Source: an uncultured Candidatus Saccharibacteria bacterium (GTDB lineage Bacteria > Patescibacteriota > Saccharimonadia > Saccharimonadales > CAIOMD01). From it: a stretch of DNA of 64,000 nt. The notes beneath the pieces are model-generated. The model was given only the letters and a program-made list of their open reading frames with translations. It did not search any database and was not told where the DNA came from. Shown here one piece after another: positions 9,825-19,294 of this stretch (its first letter is position 1; each line of letters opens with the position of its first letter). Position numbers and translations under genes: made by a program. The stretch is taken from NCBI GenBank assembly GCA_963716565.1, contig OY970318.1:516284-580283 (forward strand), read 5' to 3'.

Positions 9825-10163
9825 ATGAATTTAAATAAAAAGCTAAGTGCCGAAACAGCCCTGATTGCAAAAACTTGGGCAATAGTAATTATTGTGGCCG
9901 TAGTGACTGCCACTTTGGCAGGCATAATAGAATTCATGCGTGGCTGGGGTACTCTTTTTGGCGGCACTGGTAATTCACCAGGCTGGATAGATTCTGTATG
10001 GCTCATTCTAAAATCGCCAACAAATTCAATATTTTTTGTAATGTCATTGGCCGCTTTGATTAGTGTTTTGAGATTAGGTTTTAAGTTTAAAAAAATCGAC
10101 AAGTACATCTTTTTTAATGCCCTATTTTTGTTGGCTTCTTTTCTGCTATATCTGTTTATTTGA
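9825..10163 (+). CDS. Small multi-TM hypothetical protein
   Basis: 112 aa with 3-4 hydrophobic segments and no clear SD. Its 3' end overlaps the tlyA 3' end by 18 nt. Confidence 0.35.
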   Translation: MNLNKKLSAETALIAKTWAIVIIVAVVTATLAGIIEFMRGWGTLFGGTGNSPGWIDSVWLILKSPTNSIFFVMSLAALISVLRLGFKFKKIDKYIFFNALFLLASFLLYLFI

Positions 10164-10916
10164 AATTCTAAATAAATAAAAGCGCTCTTGGTTGCCTTTG
10201 GCGCCAGCCACTTCAGAATCGGCCTTATTAATAATGACAAAATAGTTTTTTGCCCAAGCTTCAAAATCTTTAATGATTGCTCTGCGCATAGAGGCGTTTT
10301 TGATTACACCCTTGTTCTTGAGGCTCTCACCAGCCTCAAACTGCGGCTTTAACATGGCCACGATAAAAGTGTCTTTAGAAGCTAGCGTTGTTAAGTGAGG
10401 CAATATCTGTCGGAGCGAAACAAAGCTGACGTCAACTAGAATTATGTCGACGATAGACGATAGACGATAGACGCTAGAGTCTTTTTTTCTATTGTCCAAC
10501 GTCCATGGTCCAACGTCCAATATGTTGGTTTTTTCGTGTAGCTCAATTTTAGGATTGTCATGCAATGACGGATGCAACTGGTCGGTGCCAACATCTACGG
10601 CAATGACTTTTTTGGCGCCATGGCGCAAGGCAAAATCGGTAAAGCCACCAGTGCTACTACCTACATCCAGCACAATTTTATCTTTAAAATCTAGGCCCAA
10701 TGTTTTGGCGATACTAGCTAACTTTAGCCCCGCACGACTAACGTATTGTTCGGCTTGAAGTAACTCTAGCTTGTCGCGCTCATCAACCAAATAGCCGGCC
10801 TTAGCAACGACTCGGCCATTAACCTTAACTTTGCCAAGCTTAATATAACTTTCGGCCTGGCTTCTTGAGGCAACTTTACCTCTGGCAAAGATTTCGTTAT
10901 CGAGGCGCGATTTCAT
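10146..10916 (-). CDS. tlyA: TlyA-family rRNA 2'-O-methyltransferase (S4 domain plus FtsJ-like MTase)
   Basis: 256 aa. S4-like N-terminus (RLDNEIFARGKVASRSQAESYIKLGKVKVNG), SAM motif VLDVGSSTGGFTD and DVSFVSL. Confidence 0.85.
   Translation of the reverse strand: MKSRLDNEIFARGKVASRSQAESYIKLGKVKVNGRVVAKAGYLVDERDKLELLQAEQYVSRAGLKLASIAKTLGLDFKDKIVLDVGSSTGGFTDFALRHGAKKVIAVDVGTDQLHPSLHDNPKIELHEKTNILDVGPWTLDNRKKDSSVYRLSSIVDIILVDVSFVSLRQILPHLTTLASKDTFIVAMLKPQFEAGESLKNKGVIKNASMRRAIIKDFEAWAKNYFVIINKADSEVAGAKGNQERFYLFRISNKQI
10446..10520. repeat. Family A heptamer-repeat element A1 (inside the tlyA CDS)
   Basis: The plus strand reads GTCGAC GATAGAC GATAGAC GATAGAC GCTAGAG, then a T-rich spacer, then TGTCCAA CGTCCAT GGTCCAA CGTCCAA. 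These are two inverted arms built of 7-nt units. Confidence 0.8.
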
Positions 10917-11475
10917 ATTCGCTCTGACATCCTTGGTTTGAAAAAACTGATATTACTCTTTTTATACCATTCATGCTCACAAAAAACTGGAAAGACTCAA
11001 CCTTGATGGTTTGGCCCTCCTCTATTATTCTCTGAAAGTTCGACACGTGAGGATGATAATCTTCCTTAATGTCTACACTGTAACGTTTATATGGGTCTGC
11101 AGATGTCAGCCCGGTTTTAACCATGCCACGATTTTTAATCAAGTAGGTATCATCATAGTCTAGCCCTAGGGCTTCCGTCATACACAAAGCACCGGCATGC
11201 AAAGCTGGTAATTGCATAGAAAACAGTCTTTGCACAGGCCTGTCTTTGTTTGGCCCAAAATAGTCTACGCCGCCCCCGCCAAGGTTGAACGGTAGCCAAT
11301 CCTTTGCGACTTCACCCATCCTTTGATTGATATACGGTATAGTCTCATCTTGAACGGCATGAAGCGGCGACCAAATTGTTATATGAGGTGGGTACTGGCT
11401 AAACTCTTGTCTTAATTCAACGGGCTCTAATGAGATTGCCAGCAGATGTTCTTTTTGACCGTTATTATTGGTCAT
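10897..11475 (-). CDS. Hypothetical protein, possible 2H phosphoesterase (LigT-like)
   Basis: 192 aa with two H-x-(T/S)-x motifs (PPHITIW and YHPHVSNF). The assignment is weak. Confidence 0.4.
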   Translation of the reverse strand: MTNNNGQKEHLLAISLEPVELRQEFSQYPPHITIWSPLHAVQDETIPYINQRMGEVAKDWLPFNLGGGGVDYFGPNKDRPVQRLFSMQLPALHAGALCMTEALGLDYDDTYLIKNRGMVKTGLTSADPYKRYSVDIKEDYHPHVSNFQRIIEEGQTIKVESFQFFVSMNGIKRVISVFSNQGCQSEYEIAPR

Positions 11476-11493
11476 ATTGCTTGCCTTGCTTGG

Positions 11494-12057
11494 TTACTTC
11501 TGGCGTTCGCGGTAGCTACCGTCTTCGGTAGAAACCGAAATAACATCGCCCTGCTTAATAAAAGATGGAACTTTTATTTTAATGCCAGTTTCTAGTTCGG
11601 CGTCCTTTAAAACGCTACTGGTGGTATCACCCTTAACAACGTCTTCGGTGTATACCACTTTCAAAAACACGTTTTTGGGCAACTCAATATTAATAACTTG
11701 GCCATTAAACTTCTGAGCCTTTACCATATCGCCTTCTTTTAGATAACACGAACTATCACTTAACAAATCGGCACTAACATCAATCTGCTCGTAAGTTTCA
11801 TTATCCATAAAGTAGTAACGGGTGCCGTCATTATATAGATATTGCACGTTCTGATTAGTCACTTCGGCAGGCTCTACGGCTTCGTTGCCTTTAAAAGTTT
11901 TATCTAGCACTTTGCCGTCGATCAAACTTTTGATACGCACGTTAACAATAGAACCGCCCCGGCCCATCACTTTCTGGGCGTAGGCCACTACTTTGTAGGG
12001 GTGCTCATCTAACTGAAAAATAGTACCCTTTTTTAAATCGGTAATTCCAAAAGCCAT
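11494..12057 (-). CDS. efp: Translation elongation factor P
   Basis: 187 aa. Typical EF-P N-terminus (DLKKGTIFQLDEHPYKVVAYAQKVMGRGGS). Confidence 0.9.
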   Translation of the reverse strand: MAFGITDLKKGTIFQLDEHPYKVVAYAQKVMGRGGSIVNVRIKSLIDGKVLDKTFKGNEAVEPAEVTNQNVQYLYNDGTRYYFMDNETYEQIDVSADLLSDSSCYLKEGDMVKAQKFNGQVINIELPKNVFLKVVYTEDVVKGDTTSSVLKDAELETGIKIKVPSFIKQGDVISVSTEDGSYRERQK

Positions 12058-12068
12058 TTTTTAACTCA

Positions 12069-12272
12069 CTAATTAGCTGCTACAAATGGCAATAGGCCAA
12101 TGTGGCGAGCACGCTTGATAGCTCTAGCTAGTCGGCGTTGCTGCATTTCGGTTAAGCCTGTGCGTTTACGGACTTCGATTTGCCCAAACTGGTTAACATA
12201 GCGCTGCAAGGTTTTGACGTCTTTGTAGTCAAAATAGATGGAGCCGGTTATTGGTTTTCGCTTATTTCTCAC
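12069..12272 (-). CDS. rpsR: 30S ribosomal protein S18
   Basis: 67 aa. IYFDYKDVKTLQRYV...RKRTGLTEMQQRRLARAIKRARHIGLLPF. Confidence 0.9.
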   Translation of the reverse strand: MRNKRKPITGSIYFDYKDVKTLQRYVNQFGQIEVRKRTGLTEMQQRRLARAIKRARHIGLLPFVAAN

Positions 12273-12286
12273 TATTCTATTCCTTT

Positions 12287-12751
12287 CTAGAATGGTATTT
12301 CTGATAAATCAATTGGTTCGTCACTAATATCTTCTATAACAATATCTTCTTTTTTAGCTGGCTTCTTTTTACTAGAAACATCGCTAGATTCTTCTGGAGC
12401 TGAATCACTGCTGCCTTCTGGGCGACCACCTAAGAAGGTCACGTCTTGAGCAACAACTTCAACTTTACTGCGCTTTTGGCCATCTTGTTCCCAAGAACGG
12501 CTCTGCAAGCGACCACTAACTAAAACTGGGCGGCCTTTAGTTACGTACTGGGCGACTCTTTCGCCCAAGGCTGCCCAAGCCGTAACGTCAACATAGTCGG
12601 TCGCTTCTTGCCAATTGCCGTCAGCACCTTTATAACTGCGGTTTAAAGCTAAGCTAAAACTGCAGACACTCTGACCATTCGGCGTAGTTCTAAGTTCTGG
12701 ATCGCGGGTTAAGTTACCCATTAAAACAACTTGATTAAAACTGCGTGCCAT
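12287..12751 (-). CDS. ssb: Single-stranded DNA-binding protein
   Basis: 154 aa. OB fold N-terminus (FNQVVLMGNLTRDPELRTTPNG) and an acidic tail ending DLSEIPF. Confidence 0.9.
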   Translation of the reverse strand: MARSFNQVVLMGNLTRDPELRTTPNGQSVCSFSLALNRSYKGADGNWQEATDYVDVTAWAALGERVAQYVTKGRPVLVSGRLQSRSWEQDGQKRSKVEVVAQDVTFLGGRPEGSSDSAPEESSDVSSKKKPAKKEDIVIEDISDEPIDLSEIPF

Positions 12752-12753
12752 CT

Positions 12754-13167
12754 TTATTCCTCCTCTTTAGATGTTTCGCTTGTTTTGTCGTCTTCTTTGT
12801 CTTTGCTCTCGGCTTGAGCTTCGGCCCTAGCAGCATTTCTTTTTGCTCTGGCAGCCTTATAAGCCTCAGCCGTTGCGATGGCTTTGTAATCTGGTTTAGT
12901 GATTAAAAAGCGTATTACTTCGTCGGCAATATTAAGATTTTGTTCAACTTTTTTTAGAGATTCCGGAGGCAATTCAGCCGTATAAAAAACATAAACAGCC
13001 GAACTCAGCTTTTTAATGTCGTAAGCTAGCTTACGCTTACCCCAATTATCGGTAGCCGTAATCTTACCACCGTTATCGGTGAATATTCTAGTGATTTTTT
13101 GCGAAGCTTTTTCTAGATCTATTTCAAGATCTGGATGATAAAGCACCGCGATTTCGTAAGTACTCAA
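12754..13167 (-). CDS. rpsF: 30S ribosomal protein S6 with charged C-terminal extension
   Basis: 137 aa. YEIAVLYHPDLE...WGKRKLAYDIKK. The rpsF-ssb-rpsR gene order is conserved. Confidence 0.85.
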   Translation of the reverse strand: MSTYEIAVLYHPDLEIDLEKASQKITRIFTDNGGKITATDNWGKRKLAYDIKKLSSAVYVFYTAELPPESLKKVEQNLNIADEVIRFLITKPDYKAIATAEAYKAARAKRNAARAEAQAESKDKEDDKTSETSKEEE

Positions 13168-13248
13168 AAGAGTGACTCCTTCCCTTGGCTTAACGGCTGC
13201 CTCTCAATTTAGATGACAACCTGAAGTTAATAGTAAGGTGATTATACC

Positions 13249-14028
13249 TTATTCACCACTGTAAGTCAAAAACAAGTCTGGGGTTATTATCTTCTGGCGT
13301 AGGTCTTCAATATAGTCGTGGTGTCGACTGGCAGTTACTACTTTAATGATGCCACTGGGCCGCCTAATATGAGTAGTTGCTAGCTTGTTTTGACGATAAG
13401 CTTTGGCATAAATTGGCTCAATTGGCTCAGTAACCTGTTCAATTAATGCATCAATAATTGTTCTACCAAGTCTTAGGCGCAATTCTTGATCCTTTGTTTC
13501 TAAGAACTGATCCAGGATAGACTGATCTATTTCTTCTATATTTTGGTTGAGCACTTCTGCCATCATAAAACGACCGATGCGTGCAAACCTTTGGGCATTT
13601 ATTTGTTTGCCAATATCATGGCGCTGTGACCGAGGGCCAGTCATTTGTCGATATAGGGCCTCGTCTAAAACCACTTTTGAATCTCTGTCCTCAGACCTAG
13701 TGACATCGATTGCTAGTTCGGGCAAGTATCCTGCAACTGCTAGAACGCCCAATAAAAGCTGGTCTCGCCCCACTTCCGGTATGGGTGGACCGGTATAGAT
13801 TTGGTGATATCTCTCATGCAGCCATTTTGGGGTTAGTTGCAATCGAGAATCCCTCAGGAAGGCTCCACCGTCAGTGCTTGCCAGAATCTCATCGTTGCGA
13901 GGATTGAATAGGTGATGCCAGTTACAGCCCAGTTTCTTGGACCGAACACCCAAATCATCGCTGGCAGGATAAATAGGGAGCGGAAGCCCAGTGTTTTCGT
14001 CTACTGGAGTTTGCCGCTCTGCTGTCAC
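13249..14028 (-). CDS. Hypothetical protein (orphan)
   Basis: 259 aa. GTG start preceded by a GGAGAG SD. Motifs CNWHHLFNPR and WLHERYH. I recognise no family. Confidence 0.5.
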   Translation of the reverse strand: MTAERQTPVDENTGLPLPIYPASDDLGVRSKKLGCNWHHLFNPRNDEILASTDGGAFLRDSRLQLTPKWLHERYHQIYTGPPIPEVGRDQLLLGVLAVAGYLPELAIDVTRSEDRDSKVVLDEALYRQMTGPRSQRHDIGKQINAQRFARIGRFMMAEVLNQNIEEIDQSILDQFLETKDQELRLRLGRTIIDALIEQVTEPIEPIYAKAYRQNKLATTHIRRPSGIIKVVTASRHHDYIEDLRQKIITPDLFLTYSGE

Positions 14029-14098
14029 TTATGCTCTCCGTATTTATCAATATAATTAATAAGGATAATGGAAGCGCTGGGCAATCTCAAGATAAAAA

Positions 14099-16342
14099 TT
14101 ACTCTTGTTCGTCTTCGGACTCAGAGTCAACCGATATTTGGGTAGATTTTTCGTCTATTAATTCGTCTTCGGCTTCTTCTTGATCATCACTCGGGCCGTC
14201 AAAGACTTCTTCGGCACTGCTTACCAACACTTCTCTTGGCCTGGCCCCATCAGCCGGGCCAACAATGCCCCGCTCTTCCATTACATCAATAATACGAGAG
14301 GCTCGGCCGTAGCCGATTCTTAAACGCCGCTGCAGCAAGCTAGTGCTAGCCTTGCCGCTTTCTACTACAATCCTTACGGCATCCTTCCACATATCGTCTT
14401 CGACTTCGCTACCATAATTTTCGACACTACTGCCACGACCATTTAGCTGAACCGGCATGCTGATAACTTCGTCGTTATATTTTGGCTCGCTTTGAGCCCT
14501 TAGGAAATCACAGACTTTATCTATTTCGGCCTTCTCTATTAATGTACCCTGCAAACGAACAGGCTTAGGCATCTCGGCGGTCAAATAAAGCATATCGCCA
14601 GCGTTCAACAGCTTTTCGGCACCAGAGTGATCAATAATAACCCGAGAGTTTATTTGGTTTACCACCGTAAAGGCCATCCTGGCTGGTATGTTGGCCTTAA
14701 TTAAGCCGGTAACAATGTTAGCGTCCGGTCGTTGAGTAGCTAGGATTAGATGAATACCCGATGCACGAGCTTTTTGGGCAATACGGGCAATTAAAGCTTC
14801 CATTTCGCGGCCAGCTGCCATCATAAAATCGGCCATTTCGTCGATTACAATAACAATGTATGGCATCCGTTCTTCGCGCCTAGAAGCATTGTATTCGGCA
14901 ATATCGCGACGGCCTTCGGCAGAAAAGGTTTTAAGGCGCCTTTCCATTTCGGCAACGGACCATTTTAGAGCACTAATACATTTTTCGGGTTCGGTTATTA
15001 CTGGCGTTAGCAGATGCGGTATATCGTGGTAGGCAGCCATTTCTACATGCTTTGGATCAACTAATATAAGTTTTAGATCGGCCGGGCTGTTTCTGTACAC
15101 CAGACTGATTAAAATACTGTTAACCATTACTGATTTACCAGAACCAGTTTGACCAGCTACCAATAAGTGAGGCATCCTGTCTAGGGCGGCTACGATGGCC
15201 TTACCGGCGATGTCTTTACCAACTGCGAACGACAAAGGCCTAGTAGCATTTGTCCACTCGCTAGAAGTTAAAATGCTAGACAACCTAACAGTAGCCGATG
15301 TTACATTTGGTACCTCAATGCCAACAGCTTTTTTACCAGGTATTGGAGCCTCAATACGGATGGATGCCCCGTCTAACTCGTAAGATATATTCGTTTCGTA
15401 AGCCGTGATTTTGCTTAGTTTCTGGCCAGACGAGGGCAACAGAGTGTACTGAGTAACTCTAGGGCCAACATTAGCGCCTTCCATTTCAACCTGAACACCG
15501 AATTCGGCCAATGTTGACTTAATAATCTCGGCTCGGGCTTTGGTATCACCTGGGTCGGCTTTGTCTTGCTTGTCATTTAACAAATCGGTGCTTGGGAACT
15601 GCCAGTCTGGATTGCTATCGGCAGTTAAAGCGGCATGGTCTTCGCTAGCAGAAATTTTTGGTGTTCGCTTAAAGGCGCTTAAAGCGGCCGGTTCGGCTTC
15701 GCGACCATCATGATGGACTACCGGAACACCTTCGCGTACCTTAAAATCAACATCTTTAGCCTTTAAGTCGCCGAGGTTAGTATCGGCATCTTTTTTGCGG
15801 ATAATCCAATCCCGTAGTTTGCGGAGCATGTTCTTGGGCGCGATACCAAACATCACCATAAAAGCCAGCCAAGCTAAAATTAGCAATGTTATAAATACAG
15901 TCATGCTGCTTAAAAAGCTCATTAATAAGTGGCTAAATCCAAATCCTGTATAGCCACCGTACAATCCATCGCTAGCAACTTGCATGGCTTCTTCTTTGCC
16001 TACAAAAACATGCAACATGCCAGATAGACACAATAATAAGAACAGGCTGCTAATAATCACGCTACCTGGGATTTTATGTTTGTCGTCTTTGAGTTTTACG
16101 AATGCCCAATAAATAAGCACGAAAGCTAGCAAGTAAGCGGTTAGGCCAAAGCCTTTGGCCGACCAATCAAACAGCTTTACCGGTAAAAAACCACCCCAAC
16201 CAAAACCACCCAACAACAAGAACAGGGCCAAAATAATTAAGACAACGGCATATATCTGGCGCCACAAATAGTTTTTTTCTTTTGATTCACCCTGGGCCAA
16301 TTTTTTGGGTTTTCGGCCAGCTGGTTTTTTACGTTTTGCCAT
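14099..16342 (-). CDS. ftsK: DNA translocase FtsK/SpoIIIE
   Basis: 747 aa. N-terminal TM helices, Walker A GQTGSGKS and a gamma-domain-like winged helix (LLQRRLRIGYGRASRIID). Confidence 0.9.
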   Translation of the reverse strand: MAKRKKPAGRKPKKLAQGESKEKNYLWRQIYAVVLIILALFLLLGGFGWGGFLPVKLFDWSAKGFGLTAYLLAFVLIYWAFVKLKDDKHKIPGSVIISSLFLLLCLSGMLHVFVGKEEAMQVASDGLYGGYTGFGFSHLLMSFLSSMTVFITLLILAWLAFMVMFGIAPKNMLRKLRDWIIRKKDADTNLGDLKAKDVDFKVREGVPVVHHDGREAEPAALSAFKRTPKISASEDHAALTADSNPDWQFPSTDLLNDKQDKADPGDTKARAEIIKSTLAEFGVQVEMEGANVGPRVTQYTLLPSSGQKLSKITAYETNISYELDGASIRIEAPIPGKKAVGIEVPNVTSATVRLSSILTSSEWTNATRPLSFAVGKDIAGKAIVAALDRMPHLLVAGQTGSGKSVMVNSILISLVYRNSPADLKLILVDPKHVEMAAYHDIPHLLTPVITEPEKCISALKWSVAEMERRLKTFSAEGRRDIAEYNASRREERMPYIVIVIDEMADFMMAAGREMEALIARIAQKARASGIHLILATQRPDANIVTGLIKANIPARMAFTVVNQINSRVIIDHSGAEKLLNAGDMLYLTAEMPKPVRLQGTLIEKAEIDKVCDFLRAQSEPKYNDEVISMPVQLNGRGSSVENYGSEVEDDMWKDAVRIVVESGKASTSLLQRRLRIGYGRASRIIDVMEERGIVGPADGARPREVLVSSAEEVFDGPSDDQEEAEDELIDEKSTQISVDSESEDEQE

Positions 16343-16411
16343 AACTGTTTAATTTTACCACTTAAGGCGTATTAGCTTAAACAGTTTCTACGCCATTTGA
16401 TAGTGTAGTAT

Positions 16412-16440
16412 ATTATACCACACTAGATTGTTTTTGTCTA
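16412..16440 (-). promoter_or_regulatory. Putative sigma70-type promoter for ftsK
   Basis: The minus strand reads TAGACA-17 nt-TATAAT with TG at -15/-14 (TGGTATAAT), about 65 nt upstream of the ftsK start. Confidence 0.4.
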
Positions 16441-16453
16441 CCCCGTAGAAAGC

Positions 16454-18496
16454 TTATTCGTTGCGGGTGTCTTGGCCGAGTAATTGTTGACGCAACTGAG
16501 CAAAGCGGCGAGCCTGGGCAATAGCCTGCTCTTTGGCGTTTTCATCAACAGCCTTACCGTTAACTAAAGTGTTAACTGTAGCAGATGATGGCTTGCCCCC
16601 GCCGATAATATTAATTACCGGTATAACAATTGGCGAACGTTGAGTCCTTTCGAACAAAAAGTGTGTAACATGTTCTTTAATTTCTTGCTTAAAGCGGTCT
16701 GGATCAATCCGGCTATAACGCTGGGTGACTGCTCGACGTAGCTCATTGCGTAGTTCATTCATTAATTCTTCATTATCGCGTATATATATGAAGCCGCGGC
16801 TAATGATGTCTGGGCTGGTGATACAGGCGCCAGTTTTACGGTCAATAGTCAGAACTACCACCACCAGGCCATCTTGAGCCATCATAATACGATCTTTAAC
16901 TACTACGCTCGATACAATAGCGCCAGTCTGATCAACTAAAACTGTACCGTGGGGTACTTGGCCGGCATGTTCCATTTTGTTACTGCTAAATTCCAATACA
17001 TCGCCGTTTTCGGCGTTATAGGTATTTTCGCGGGGCACGCCTTCTTCTACTGCCATTTCAATATGTCGTTGTTTAGACTGATAGGATCCATAAACCGGCA
17101 CAAAAAACTTGGGCCGAATTAAATTAATCATTTCCCTGTACTCGTCCATACTGCCGTGACCCGACACGTGCAACGAACCTATGTGGTCAATATCGTGGGT
17201 TACGTGCTGAAAAACGTGTACACCCTTACGCATCAGATCATCTACCATGGCTTCAATCAAAGCATCGTTGCCGGTATATGGAATCGGCGTTGAGCTTATT
17301 ATGGCTGTGTCGCGGGGCTTCATCTTAATGTGCCTATGATCGCCAGTACTCATTCTCATAAGTGCCGAGCTAGGCTCGCCCTGACCACCAGTACAGATTA
17401 TTACAACTTTGTTATCTGGCAAGTTACCAGCGCTAGCGATGGGTATAAATGTACCCTTAGGCACCCTTACAAAGCCATTGCGTACAGCCATTTCTAGAGT
17501 GCTTATCATACTGCGACCATCAAGAGCGATTTTACGGCCATGATGTACTGCAGCATTAATAATCATCTGGATTCTGTTAATGTTCGTCGAAAATATGGCT
17601 ATAAATACCCGGCCAGGGGCATTATCTAATAGCTGGATATAAGTCGGCTCAATGGTGCTTTCACTAGGCGTATGGCCAGGTCTATCGGTTGTGGTACTTT
17701 CTGATAGCAAGACTAAAACGCCCTCTTTGCCAATTTGGCCTAAGCGTTCTATGTCAGTACGTTCGTGATCAAGCGGTTGCGGATCAAAACGGAAGTCACC
17801 GCTAACAAAGACTCGGCCAACTGGCGTATCGATAACTGCGGACGTAGAGCCGGGTATAGAGTGAGTCACCCGTACTAGCTCAACAAAAAAGTTACCAATT
17901 TTGAGTCGTTCGTGAGTGACCTCATTCATCTCAACTGTTTTTAAAACAAACCCTGGAGGCATTGGTAACCCAAAATTTTCGAAGATTTCTTTAACTCGGC
18001 CAACTGTAAACTTGCTACCGTAAATTGGGGCCGGTACTCTAGGCAAAATGTGCGGCAAGCCGCCAATGTGGTCTAGGTGGCCGTGAGTAATAACATAGCC
18101 ACGCACCTTGTTGCGAATACTTTCTAGGTAGGTAATGTCGGCAATTCCATAATTAATGCCAGGCAGATCGACACCTAGATCGTTTCCAGAATCAACCACT
18201 ATGGCATCGTTTAGGTATTCAATAAGCAGCATGTTTTTGGAACCACCACCATCCATACCGCCTAGGCCGATTATTTTTAATCGCGGGTTATCGTCGATAA
18301 CATTGGCCCGCCTTTGTAGCTTGGTGGCCGAAGCGTCAAGATACTCGTTGGCTAATTTAGTAGCCATTTCAACATTACGTTTTTGAGCTCTAATGGCTGC
18401 TCCCCTGGAAGCCGATCTACCAATAGCTGGCCGGTTGGTTGGAGCCTGCGGCCTTTGGTTATATTTGTTTTGGTTAGTTTTTTCTAAATTTGTCAT
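16454..18496 (-). CDS. rnj: Ribonuclease J
   Basis: 680 aa. Metallo-beta-lactamase motif HGHLDHIGG, a beta-CASP region, and a basic N-terminal extension. Confidence 0.9.
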   Translation of the reverse strand: MTNLEKTNQNKYNQRPQAPTNRPAIGRSASRGAAIRAQKRNVEMATKLANEYLDASATKLQRRANVIDDNPRLKIIGLGGMDGGGSKNMLLIEYLNDAIVVDSGNDLGVDLPGINYGIADITYLESIRNKVRGYVITHGHLDHIGGLPHILPRVPAPIYGSKFTVGRVKEIFENFGLPMPPGFVLKTVEMNEVTHERLKIGNFFVELVRVTHSIPGSTSAVIDTPVGRVFVSGDFRFDPQPLDHERTDIERLGQIGKEGVLVLLSESTTTDRPGHTPSESTIEPTYIQLLDNAPGRVFIAIFSTNINRIQMIINAAVHHGRKIALDGRSMISTLEMAVRNGFVRVPKGTFIPIASAGNLPDNKVVIICTGGQGEPSSALMRMSTGDHRHIKMKPRDTAIISSTPIPYTGNDALIEAMVDDLMRKGVHVFQHVTHDIDHIGSLHVSGHGSMDEYREMINLIRPKFFVPVYGSYQSKQRHIEMAVEEGVPRENTYNAENGDVLEFSSNKMEHAGQVPHGTVLVDQTGAIVSSVVVKDRIMMAQDGLVVVVLTIDRKTGACITSPDIISRGFIYIRDNEELMNELRNELRRAVTQRYSRIDPDRFKQEIKEHVTHFLFERTQRSPIVIPVINIIGGGKPSSATVNTLVNGKAVDENAKEQAIAQARRFAQLRQQLLGQDTRNE

Positions 18497-18509
18497 TATA
18501 AAAATTCCT

Positions 18510-19241
18510 TTAATTTTCTCTAATTAGTTTTAATATCTCTGGGATACGATTAAAATCGTCGCTCAAAGTTTGACGCATGGCGCCGTTATATAGGGCTGCT
18601 GCCGGATGATACAACGGCAGGATCACTACGGACTGCACGACCTGCTTTTGGGCAGAGCCCAAAACTCCGCCGTGCTTTGTGGCACGCTGCTGTGTTGCAG
18701 ATTCCGATTCTCGCTCACCGTATTGTTCATACGGCTCGCTGCGATTCTCATCTGCGCCTTGCATCGCGCTCACTCCGTAGCGCCCTGTTACGTACTTAAG
18801 GCGTTTTGGTTGGCCGTGAACTTGGCTTATTTGTAGGTCTGGCAAGAAACAGGTCATAGAATGCCGGCCCAAGGTTATAACCAACAGTGGCCTTATAACC
18901 TCTAGCTGGCGTTCTAAATATGGAAAGAACGCTTGCTTCTCTTCTGGCAGTGGGTCGCGATTGTTTGGCGGACGGTACTTTACGATATTGGTAATGTAAA
19001 CCTGAGCTCGCTTTAAATTAATACCACTAAGCATTTCGTCTAAGAACTTGCCAGCGGCACCCACAAAGGGCAAGCCTTGTTCGTCTTCGTTTTTACCAGG
19101 TGCTTCGCCAATAAAAACGACATCGGCGTCTGGATTGCCATCGCCAAAAACTAAGTTAGTGGCCGTTTTGGCCAGCTCGGGACAAACTTTGTCTTTAACA
19201 ATATCAGCTTTGATATCGTCTAATTGTGATTGCTTTGACAT
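18510..19241 (-). CDS. Uracil-DNA glycosylase, family 4, with internal insertion
   Basis: [20 protein letters not shown] and LYHPAAAL motifs. I prefer the ATG at 19241 (MSKQSQ) over the TTG at 19274. An extra segment of about 50 aa lies between the HG and HP motifs. Confidence 0.8.
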   Translation of the reverse strand: MSKQSQLDDIKADIVKDKVCPELAKTATNLVFGDGNPDADVVFIGEAPGKNEDEQGLPFVGAAGKFLDEMLSGINLKRAQVYITNIVKYRPPNNRDPLPEEKQAFFPYLERQLEVIRPLLVITLGRHSMTCFLPDLQISQVHGQPKRLKYVTGRYGVSAMQGADENRSEPYEQYGERESESATQQRATKHGGVLGSAQKQVVQSVVILPLYHPAAALYNGAMRQTLSDDFNRIPEILKLIREN

Positions 19242-19260
19242 ACTCTTTAATGATTTATAA

Positions 19261-19292
19261 CTCGCTACTAGCAACTAGTTAACTTGCCAACT
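19261..19292. repeat. Family B element B1 (pnp-UDG spacer)
   Basis: After the pnp TAA, the minus strand reads ATAGTTGGCAAGTTAACTAGTTGCTAGTAGCGAG. Confidence 0.7.
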
Positions 19293-19294
19293 AT

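Noticed and set aside
9767-10264. A 165-aa minus-strand ORF spanning the ychF-tlyA junction.
   Set aside because: It overlaps the 3' ends of both ychF and tlyA. Its translation has no features. The plus-strand multi-TM ORF is a slightly better, though still weak, explanation of this interval.
10446-10520. The heptamer repeat tracts (families A, B and C) could be a CRISPR array or CRISPR remnants.
   Set aside because: The units are only 7 nt long and directly tandem, with no spacers of 25-40 nt. No cas genes are present.
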